Of a stretch of DNA of 25,839 nt, positions 1 to 9,600 are shown in pieces. Position numbers and translations under genes: made by a program. The DNA is from a virus (Duplodnaviria; Caudoviricetes): the IMG/VR virus record IMGVR_UViG_3300031539_000277, positions 1 through 25,839 of that record. One strand, written 5' to 3'. The notes beneath the pieces were generated by a model that had not been told where the DNA came from, searched no databases, and was given only the letters and a program-made list of their open reading frames with translations. The first letter of the stretch is position 1. Every line of letters begins with the position of its first letter.

Positions 1-39
1 CCGCTCAACCATTTGTCCCTGTTTTAGTCCGTTCGGCAT
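1..39 (-). CDS. 5' end of a gene running off the window (MPNGLKQGQMVER...)
   Basis: ATG at 39-37 overlaps the TAA of the upstream gene (TAATG coupling); frame open to the edge. Confidence 0.5.
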   Translation of the reverse strand, partial: MPNGLKQGQMVER

Positions 40-254
40 TATCGTCTACCTTTCAACAGTGTGATTTCATCTTCCAACTTTTTCACTCTTTCTTCAAGTG
101 GGTCGGGAACGGGCTCGAATACCGGCTCAGGCTTAATGCTTGCCTTTGCCAGCCTGTCATGCTCTACCTTGTCGATCTCCACGGCTTCTTTCGGCGGAAC
201 CGCATTCGTAGCAAACGGCACACCGTCTATCTGGTAATACTTCATGCCGCCCAT
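39..254 (-). CDS. Small tail-fibre-associated protein (possible assembly chaperone), 71 aa
   Basis: Coupled (TAATG) to the fibre gene; C-terminal coiled-coil-like DPLEERVKKLEDEITLLK; position typical of fibre-associated genes. Confidence 0.6.
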   Translation of the reverse strand: MGGMKYYQIDGVPFATNAVPPKEAVEIDKVEHDRLAKASIKPEPVFEPVPDPLEERVKKLEDEITLLKGRR

Positions 255-1723
255 TATGCGATTCTCCTTGCTGAAATCAAAGTTTCTCCCACTGAAGCAC
301 CATAAGTAGTCAAAGATGTTAAGGCTCCTGCTGCATCACTGGCGCCTTTTATGTTGAGATAATAAGTCGTGGTGACTGCAACCAACAGAGGCAATTCCAC
401 GAAAAAAGTCATTCTGGTTATCAGTGTTGCCGCGGCATGACTATTACCAGTCATCCCTCCCTCTGACCACGTAACATCACTCTCGCTATTATTGGCAGTA
501 GATAAAGTTGCATAGATTCCTAGGACAGTTGAGCTTACATCGGAAGTATTAGCAGTTACTTTGTACTTTCCCAACCAATAACCCGGCGTAATGGATAGTG
601 AATGACTTGCGGGATTGGCCCATGTACCGCTTTGCGGACTTCCAATAGCAACGTCTGCTGCACTCGTAAACTCCAACAGCGTCCCGAGACAATCAAGCAC
701 ATGCCATTCGCCAGCCGCCCGGTCCTGGAGGACCACATACTGAAACTGGCCGTTGATTTTCCAGACGGCATTAAGGCCGTTGATGTTGTCGGTCCCGTTC
801 GGCGTGACGTCCACGTCGCCAGCCCCGGAATCGGGTTTGAATATCCCGGCCACCTTGCCCGATCCCGTCGCTGCCGGCAGATCGAATACCCGATCCGAAG
901 CGCCGGACGTACCATAGAAATTCGTCCAGTGCCTTGTTAAGGATGCCGTGTAAGGCCAATCGCCGGTGCCGATGTTCATCACATAAGGCGGAATTACCAG
1001 ATTAGATCGGGTCACTTTTTTCCAGGCGCTACCAGTAATATCATAGAAAGGAAACTCATCAGCCTCGTCCGGTGCCAGCGCCGCCAGGTCGTTATCCAGG
1101 GAGCTGAAGTTTTTCTCTCCGAGTCCGGCCAAGGTCCATGTGGCGTCTATGGCTCCGATTGCTGCTCTGGCCGCCGCCTTGTTTGCAGTTTCTAGGAACA
1201 CTTCCATGAATGCCAGAATTGTATAGGATGCTCCGACAAAATACTGATTATTCGTGAGTTGCCCGGCTTTCCAGATGAGAAACTTTCCCTCTTCCGGGTC
1301 CGGCAGGATCAGATCGGTAATTGTCGATAAGGGATGCAAAGTCAGGGATCTCTCCAGCCTTTCGGAAAGCTGTTGAATCTGCATATCAAGTCTGTCCAGA
1401 TCCGCCTCGATCTGCACCTTCGAGAACGTCGAAAGGCCATCCCAGGAAGATGGTTGCGTATACGGTACGGCCCGGATCACCATAAGGACATCCCCTAAAG
1501 GATAGGTCGCCACGGTGGTCACAGTACAGCCGTTTCTCATGCTGTTGTTCGTAGGCGTGATTGTGTAGTGTGTGACGTAAGTGAGGAGAGTCATCACCCC
1601 GGCGACGCTCAGATGCCAGACCTCGAGGTCCGACTCATCGAAAGCCGCATGAGCAAACACGAAGTCTGTTATCGCGCCGGTGCAGTTGTACCTTTCTCTG
1701 ATTACGGTATCAGTTATGCTCAT
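254..1723 (-). CDS. Tail fibre protein 2 with T7 gp17-like N-terminal attachment domain, 489 aa
   Basis: N-terminus RYNCTGAITDFVF...DLEVW...THYTIT...VIRAVPYTQ...IEADLDRLDMQIQQL fits the T7-type fibre adaptor pattern; Thr/Ser/Gly-rich beta-type C-terminus. Confidence 0.85.
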   Translation of the reverse strand: MSITDTVIRERYNCTGAITDFVFAHAAFDESDLEVWHLSVAGVMTLLTYVTHYTITPTNNSMRNGCTVTTVATYPLGDVLMVIRAVPYTQPSSWDGLSTFSKVQIEADLDRLDMQIQQLSERLERSLTLHPLSTITDLILPDPEEGKFLIWKAGQLTNNQYFVGASYTILAFMEVFLETANKAAARAAIGAIDATWTLAGLGEKNFSSLDNDLAALAPDEADEFPFYDITGSAWKKVTRSNLVIPPYVMNIGTGDWPYTASLTRHWTNFYGTSGASDRVFDLPAATGSGKVAGIFKPDSGAGDVDVTPNGTDNINGLNAVWKINGQFQYVVLQDRAAGEWHVLDCLGTLLEFTSAADVAIGSPQSGTWANPASHSLSITPGYWLGKYKVTANTSDVSSTVLGIYATLSTANNSESDVTWSEGGMTGNSHAAATLITRMTFFVELPLLVAVTTTYYLNIKGASDAAGALTSLTTYGASVGETLISARRIA

Positions 1724-1739
1724 CGGTCACTCTCATAAA

Positions 1740-2651
1740 TCATACAAAAATCCATTTCGGTGATGTCGTATCGTCATTATTTCCTTCATTAATACTATGG
1801 GTTGCGGTTATATCATTTCCTAAAACAGGATCGCTGTCTTTTACAGAGGCATAATCCACAGTCTCTATATTACCGTCATTTTGAATCCCCCAAATAGAGC
1901 CAGGCGTTGTACTGTGGAGTTTAATCTCTAAACCCGGCGCGCCCTGAATTTCCAACTTTCCATCAATATGAATAGTCTGTCCGTTGGTGAATTTAATTTC
2001 CTTTCCCGGTTCTATGCATTTAAAATTATAAATTAAAACCCCGGTGGGCGGTATCGACGACAGAAATGAACCAAAAAACTCAATCGTGCCATTACTGTGA
2101 GTGAAAATTCCACCTGTTCGTGTGAAATTACCTCCTACTTTTAATAATCCGGTGCTACTTCCAAGAGTGATTATACCCCCTGTTTGCAGAGTGATATTTC
2201 CATAGACGGTCAATGTTTTGCCGTTAATATATATTCTTCCTGTATTCCCAAAAAGCGCATCGCCAAAAATACAATCTCCTACAACAGAAAGATTTTTAGT
2301 TAAAGTTAAATTACTACCACCCGAACCGTCCGCAATAGTTAGATCCCTGATTGCATCGACAGACGCCGCCGCATTTAAAGAAATTGCATCATTTCCTGCA
2401 TCTATCACCACATTATGCCATGGTTTAGACGGGTAACTTCCGCCCACATCCCAATTAATAGTATCCGACCAAGAAACAGCATCTCCTGCGCCCGTCCAGG
2501 TATATGTTACCGGAGTATGTGGGAATACCAATTTCCAGACACCCCCAACTTTGATTTGAATACCCGATAACAATTTCCACACCCCGCCTATTTTAATATA
2601 GGTTCCTATGATGGGTTTCCATGCTCCGCTTACTTTATTGAAAAATCCCAT
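1740..2651 (-). CDS. Putative receptor-binding/fibre partner protein: N-terminal K-x-(G/S)-G-x-W-K repeats plus adhesin-like beta-helix, 303 aa
   Basis: KVSGAWK, KIGGVWK, KVGGVWK repeats; WTGAG...W...NW...P motif; C-terminal VDYASVKDS...SINEGNN...WIF; SD TAAGGAG upstream; AT-rich. Confidence 0.7.
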   Translation of the reverse strand: MGFFNKVSGAWKPIIGTYIKIGGVWKLLSGIQIKVGGVWKLVFPHTPVTYTWTGAGDAVSWSDTINWDVGGSYPSKPWHNVVIDAGNDAISLNAAASVDAIRDLTIADGSGGSNLTLTKNLSVVGDCIFGDALFGNTGRIYINGKTLTVYGNITLQTGGIITLGSSTGLLKVGGNFTRTGGIFTHSNGTIEFFGSFLSSIPPTGVLIYNFKCIEPGKEIKFTNGQTIHIDGKLEIQGAPGLEIKLHSTTPGSIWGIQNDGNIETVDYASVKDSDPVLGNDITATHSINEGNNDDTTSPKWIFV

Positions 2652-2660
2652 TCCTTCTCC

Positions 2661-3608
2661 TTATGGTATATACTTGTACCAGATATCCCCGGTTTGTCCT
2701 TCGGTCGTCGGATCAATGGTTGAGAAAATTGGGCTTTTATGCAGGATTTTCCACTCGGTTGGCATCCCCTTAATTCTCATAACCTCTCCGGCGTTATACA
2801 TGATCTGTGTCGTCGCACCAAAGATTGTCTCCGCCCCTTCTCCATCTATTATGATGTTACCTCCGCCGTCAGTGATAAAGACGAAGATCATATCCCGGTT
2901 CAGATTGTCCACTAGAGTCGGCAACGTCAGCGTTAAATCGCCTGCGCCGGTCACCACAAAGAAGACACGGAACCCATCGTTGTCCAGGATCACATAATCA
3001 GCCGTCACGTTCTTGGAGGGTGCCAATAACGCCAGGCCCTTGTTTGCATCCGCAGCCGCAAGGACCGTCTGCATGAAAGCTGAAACGGTTACCAAAGTCA
3101 GATCTAGCGAATCGACCATGACTGGCTCACCAGTGACAACGTCGAAGTAAAGATATTTCCCCAATCTATCGGCCTTCCCAGGCATCTCCATGTCCAGAGT
3201 CACAGGATCGGTAGCTGGGATTTTTAGTGATCGCGTGAGTAGATCCATGAGTTGTTGTAGAATAACGATATTTTTATCTAGTCCCGTTTCATGGGTTTCC
3301 GCCGAGAACTGCCCGGCAGCCGTATAATCAATCAATTGTGTTATCGGGACAGATCGGTAGATCGTGATTTTCTCGCCTGTCAGATAGGTGGCCACAGTTG
3401 TCACGGTTCCGCCGCTTTCGTAGCGTCCATTTTCGGACTGTCCTGTTACAGCATAATGCGTCGTTTCGGTAAGTACCGCGTCTACTCCCAACAGGTTCGT
3501 ATACACAACCACAAGGTCGCCGGTATTGAAAAACTCATACGGGAACGCAAAGTCAACGACTCCGCCTCCGCAGTTGTATTGAATTCTGTTCGTCAGGGTA
3601 GTTATCAT
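2661..3608 (-). CDS. Tail fibre protein 1 (short) with T7 gp17-like N-terminal domain, 315 aa
   Basis: QYNCGGGVVDFAFPYEFF..GDLVV...THYAVTG...ITIYRSVPITQ...HETGLDK...QQL adaptor pattern; ends with STIDPTTEGQTGDIWYKY, a motif typical of fibre C-termini. Confidence 0.85.
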   Translation of the reverse strand: MITTLTNRIQYNCGGGVVDFAFPYEFFNTGDLVVVYTNLLGVDAVLTETTHYAVTGQSENGRYESGGTVTTVATYLTGEKITIYRSVPITQLIDYTAAGQFSAETHETGLDKNIVILQQLMDLLTRSLKIPATDPVTLDMEMPGKADRLGKYLYFDVVTGEPVMVDSLDLTLVTVSAFMQTVLAAADANKGLALLAPSKNVTADYVILDNDGFRVFFVVTGAGDLTLTLPTLVDNLNRDMIFVFITDGGGNIIIDGEGAETIFGATTQIMYNAGEVMRIKGMPTEWKILHKSPIFSTIDPTTEGQTGDIWYKYIP

Positions 3609-6600
3609 TTCTTCCTCCGTTTACCCATGGGGTTTACACCCTCTTTTCCAAGGTTATAAGTCGTGGTCACGCCCAGGCCCATGCTGTTTGTAATCGCATC
3701 GAATCCCTCCATCTCGCCATTCATGAAGTGCAAGAGATTCTGGAATTGTATCGGCTGCATATTAGTTGCCTCTGCCAGAAAAAAGGACGGCAGCTGTTCC
3801 CAGGACGAATGAGGTTTCTCGGCAAACCATTTCACTGTTTGCCCGGTTTCGAGCAATTCCTGGAAAGTAGTAAACTTCCGTCCGGCCCAATCTTCCATGT
3901 TAAGAAAATCCAGCCCTGTCCGAGCCATCACCGACGCCTTCGCTTTCAGCGCCTCACGGAAGTTTATCATGAATTTGAAAGGATCTCGAAAATGGCCGAT
4001 CAGTGAAAAATATTTTCTCTCCGGTCCTTCTCCCCCGAACAACTGGTACATCGGGGTTATATCTAGCGACGCCCATCTCATTTTATTCCAGCCCTGATCC
4101 ATGGCCAATCTATAGCGCCGCATCATCTTATCGAGATCCCCGCCGGCCAAACCGAAATTCAATAACGCCGTCGCTGCGAATCCTCGTAAAAGAACCCTCA
4201 ACCAGAACTTTTGATAAAGTCCCCGCTCGGATACCGGGTCCATCGAACTATCTGATTCCCATTTATAAAGTGGTCCGGTTACAACTTTGATCATTGACAA
4301 AATATTGCTTTCGGTCCAGTCGGGAGCCAATGCGACTAACCGAAAAATATGTTGAGTTGTCGGATTCCGACCCATCCGGCCAAGGTGCAGGCCTCCGAAG
4401 TCGTCATTTATCAACCGTGCTACTCTCTGCGCCACGGCCTCTGGATCCTGCGCCGGGTTACGCACCATCTCGTTTCTGTATTCAATTAGGAATGATTTAG
4501 CTTTCAATCCTGCTCCGAGTTTGCCGAAAAGAAAGTCGGCCTGATGCTGGCGGAGGGTCATGATCACATCCTTGACTCCTCGGGTTACAGCGGTTTTATT
4601 CAAGAGTCTTTGCAAGAATCCCTCGCTTTGTATCAGGTCTTCCTGCCATTCCTGGTTAAGTCCGAGAGTCAGCCCTTTCTTTACTCCGAGCATAAGTTCC
4701 GGCTGTAACGCCATTATCGCCGCGTATCCTTGTCTGTATGCCGCCCTGGGTAGCAATTCAGAAAACTTCTTTCGACCAGTTCCAAAATAGTATGATCGGT
4801 AATAGGCCAGGTGATGAAAGAAAGATGTCTGCAAAATCCAGGCTTTTAATACCGCATTGAATTTAGTTATAATATCTGTAAGACCTCCCAAGGTTCCTAT
4901 GATCTTACTTCGTCCGAGTATATTATTTAAATTCTTTGCGATCTCTTTTTGAGCGTAGACTTCTCGCTTCTCCATAACATCCCCGTCTTCGGTGATGAAA
5001 AAGTTTCTACCTTCGACCGTCTTGATTATCCCGCGCTTTACAGCTTCCGTCGTTGTTTTCTCAAGAATGCTTTCGGTAGTGGTTTCGATCCCTTCAGTCG
5101 TTTTCGTGTTTCTTATAATATTGATCGCATTATCCGCTTCACCTTCCGTCATCCCTCTGAGCATCAGGGTTTGTTTTACCAGTTTTTCTAAGGCTCCCAC
5201 TGCGCGTCTCTGCTGGTTAGCCTCTGTCTTATGGGTAACGGTGCGCTGTGTCTCACGCCACAATTTCTTGATATAGCTTGTTGTCTCTTCAAACGTAACT
5301 TTCCCGGCCCATTTCCAGACCCGGAAATTGGGATGCTCGACCATCTTATAGTCTTCACGCCTGAATGTCGTGACAACCGCCTCGCCGTCTGCGGTCCTGA
5401 TCTGCAATAGGCTTTTCAGGAACCTTTTATTCTCGATGGTTCGAGTTATTTCATCCTGTAGAATCTGAAGGTTCGCAGTCGCCCCTTTGATCTTCAATCT
5501 ATACTCTGTGCCCCATTCCTCTTTCCGTGGTTTCCCCCATGCCTCGATGATCGTAGTAAAAACCCGATGCTTTGCATGATGGGTCTTCGTCCCGAACTTG
5601 CGAAGGATCGGTGCCAGTTCCTCTCCTTTCATGTCCCATATCCGGGCTGCGTAGTTCTCTAAGACGTTATTGATCACATCGAAGTCAAGCGCCCTTTCGC
5701 CGATCTCTTTATATGAAGCCTCGATGGTATCCGCAATCGCTTTCAATTCAGGACTGAGATTCTGACTCATCGTGACGATCTCTTTCTCATCGTCCTTCAG
5801 ATATTCCCAATATTCCCGAACTGCCCCCGGATCTCGTTTCGTGTCGATATACAATTGAATTGCGGCGTCTACTTTCGGAGCCTTAGTATCGAACCATCGT
5901 GCCAGGAAAATCTTTTTATCCAACCCCAGGACTTCCAAGATACGTTGCTGCAATTGTTCTTTCTGTACCTGATGTTTTAATATCCTGGTATCCTGTTCGC
6001 CGAACCAGACATCTTTCACGGCTTCGTAGGAGGAAACGGCTTCCTTAATCTTTTCTGCTCCCTGTTCCTGAGACTTTTCGGCGGCCTCATAAGGATCTTC
6101 CTCGGATTCCGGTTGTGTTCTCTCCGTCTCTTCGATAGTAGGTATTGATGCGCCGTGAAGCGGTTCTTCTTTCTTTGCCTCCGCCTCGATCTTTTCCGAA
6201 CTTATCGTTTCCCCGCGCCGCATTCCCTCTTCGGCTGGGAACTGTATTTCTTCCTTGATGATCTTTAGCCTCTGCTGTATTTGCTCTTTCGGTGTCAAGA
6301 ATATCCGGTCATAGACGTGGCGGACCTCCGGGTTCATCCATTCCTTCCCCATATCCCGGACAAGATCGGATAACCACTCTTTGAACTGCTTAAATAACCG
6401 AACCAGTTTCTTTGAGGGTGCCTCAGAGGTCAATAAGTAGTGCTCTAAGCCCCTGGCGAACTTCTCTTCAGATTCTTCTGTCCAGATTCCTTCCTCTACT
6501 CCTGCCCATTTCTCGATGATCTTTAGATCGCCGTCCGGTAATAGCCGCCTGAACACATGGCCCATTTCATGAACAAAGGTGCTGAAGTCAGCCGCCTCAG

Positions 6601-9600
6601 TAGCGGCAACAAGAGCTTTCCCGCCTTCTAAGAACTGAACTGCGCCTTTTATGGTCTCTGACGGTACAATCCCTTTTTCGATGATCGGGACGATCCCTTT
6701 CTCTTCCGCTTCTCCGGTATACTTTGCATATTTTTCATCGCTCATGAAACCCAACTCGTGCAAAGTTTCTGGATCCGCCTGGTTGGTGCCGAGTAGATAA
6801 CCGAGTTTATATTTATCGGGTCCATAATTCAGGTACTTGATCGCTCCCTCGTACTGCTTATCGGTGAGGAAAGGCCGAGCAATTGCAGCCCGGATGTAAC
6901 CTATAACGATGGGAGAGTATCCTCTCTTTGCATATCCGGCCACTCCTAGGCCCCGTAAGAAAGTCTGTAATTCTTGCTGGGTCCAGATAGCGGGATCGAA
7001 CGGCCCGGCGTGCATCGGGTCCACGTCTTTCATATCCTCTTCGGTGAAACCCTGCTCCGTCATTTCCTGCATTTCAGGCGACCATTCCTCATCAGTTATG
7101 TCCTCGATGTCCTTTGAATACAGGATGTTTGCTGTCGCAGGTGAAAATTGGCCGACGTTGAAAACGCTCTTGATCTGCTCAGGCTCGAAGACGATGTATT
7201 CAGCAATTGTGTTATCCATATCGAATACCAAAACCCCGTCATATCCAGCCTTTTTTAAGTTCTCGGTGAATATTTGCGGCCCGTCATCAAACCCGTATTC
7301 GACTAACTTATTAACGGTTTCCCCTCCGAATCGTCTTTTTATTTCAAACGGATTCTCCATTTTCAAATAGACAGGGATAATATTTGAATTGATAACGTAT
7401 CGACTTAAAGGAGATCCAGATTCCCATTTTTTAGCATATTGGGCCGCTGTCTCGGGATCTGCTGTGAAATAAAATCCTGCCCCATACCATCCTTCATCCG
7501 TTGCTATCCCCTGCATCTCTTTTCTGAATTGCTGGAAAACTTTCGTTGTCCCGTGGTAGACCGGGTAAGGATTCCCCTTGCTGTCTTTGATCACGCTCTT
7601 GCCGAACCATTCCTTGAAAGCAGGGGAGGCTAGTACGTCCTTCCGCCCCATCGGCTGTTTATCTTCAGTCTGGAAAAGCGCCTGTACTTCAACCATCTTC
7701 AGATGTTGAATCCCCGGCTTGAATCCCTCGATATACGCTTTCAAGAACTGGTCAAGGGATACGCCCATCGCCTCGGCTGCCTTCCTGATCATCAACATGG
7801 CGTATTTTATCTGTTTTGCTGTATAAGCCGGGAAAGTAGCTTTCAACTGTGCTTCGTATTGCCTTATGATTCGATTCCGTTCTCCCCGTCTTGCCGGTGC
7901 TATTTCTGCGGCACGTTTCCTGAATACCTCCTGCGCCGTTTCCTCTTTTGCCGTCATCCAATTATCAGGGAGTTTGATTGTTTCCCTGACCGGTTTCGGG
8001 CCTTCTCTGGCGAGCTGTCTCTGCGCCACTCTTTCGGGAATGCCAAGGTTCTTGATCGCCTCGTCGTATCTCACCCGGCTTTCCGCTAGATCCTTGAGAT
8101 ATTCCTCCCGGTGCGCCTCCTTGTACTCTCCGGAAGTCTCTCGCCATTTGTCGGCGAGTTGTTTATTTGCCGTCCTGCCTGCTTCCATGCCTTTGGGGAT
8201 CAGTTCTATCCTTACGATCTGCCCATTCTGCAATCGGACATCCACCAGCGCGGCCCCCCAATCCGTGCTTTTTGCGTTCAGCATATTCACAGAGTCTACT
8301 TGTAGAACCTGGGCAATTTCCGGGTTTGCGGTTATCGCCTTTATCGCCTGGCCCGCCGCCTGAATTGTCGGCGTGACCGTGCGGATAGCAGATAGATCCG
8401 CTTGCTGTTCAATCGGTCTCATAGTAGCCCGGATCGCTTCATCGTCTTTATGAAACCACTCGGAGACTGAACCGATCTCTGAATCTATCTGTTTGGCTAT
8501 GGTATTCAGGACAGGCGTATTCTCAGCCTGCATCTCGTGGACTTGCTCCAGCTTGATCTCGGTCGATGCGTTCCGTGCTATCGGACTCGTGGTACGTTCC
8601 CGGTATTGCTCGATCTTCTTATCCGCCCAGGTCTCCCCTTCGTAATTCTTCAAGACTTCTATCGGGACAGGCATGTTCTCTTCGACCGCCTCCTTCACCT
8701 GTGCTTCGTGCTTGTCTTTTATAAAGTCGGTTATTTCATCCATAGGTAGCCCGGTCAACTCCATCAAGGATTTGCCCCAGGGTTCTGTCTCTGCTTTCTT
8801 CAGGTCCAGCAGCGCCATACGGTCCGCATAGTCTTTGACCCCGGCTTTTTTCGCCTCCTCTGTCGCAGCCTTGCGGGACTCTGCGATAGACTGTTTCGCC
8901 ATCCTTCCGCCTACTCCAAGCATTCCAAGTAAAGTCATTTGAGGCGTTGCTTCCTTGATCGTATCCCAGACGCTTTTCCATCGTTCCTCGCGGGAGGTTT
9001 GCTCGAACTCCGTGCCTTTCAGGTAGTTATTTACTTCCTTCATAACTGCCGTTTGAGCCTGGGTGGCCACATCCTGAATAGCCTCTTCAGCCACTTCCTC
9101 GACCGTCGTCGCCGCCGCCCTGGCTGCCCACTTGGTTACCGTTGCCAGAAACCCTTTATTGGTCATGAGCTTGGTCAGCCCGTTGCCGACTGCTTTTGAC
9201 AGCCCCACTCCTTTGGCCCCACCACCGAATAGTGCTTCCCACTGAATATCCTCGAGGATTCCCTCTACCGCTCCTATCGTCCAGGAAAAGACTCTCGCCA
9301 TTGCCGGGTCGATAGGTTTCCCCGTGCTAGGATCTTTCATCTTTAAGATGGACCGATAGTTTGACGCCGCTATGTATTTAATGAAACCGAACTGTCGCCC
9401 TAGGGCTACCCCGTAAGGAAGCGCCGCCGTCCATCCTGCGCCTGCGCCGGGTACTCCTCCGCCGATAAATCCTACTACGGCCCCAAGACTGCCCATTCCC
9501 AGACCCATCCACCCGGCCCCTTCCGCGCCTTCATACCAGACTCCTAGGACTTGGTCGATGGTTCCGCGTACTGCCTGCTCTACAAATCCCCCCTTAAAGG

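Noticed and set aside
254-3608. Diversity-generating retroelement as in BPP-1
   Set aside because: No reverse transcriptase and no TR/VR pair differing at adenines was seen in the window; one could lie outside it.
6660-6706. EKGIVP duplicated in the giant protein
   Set aside because: Short diverged linker duplication with no evident function.
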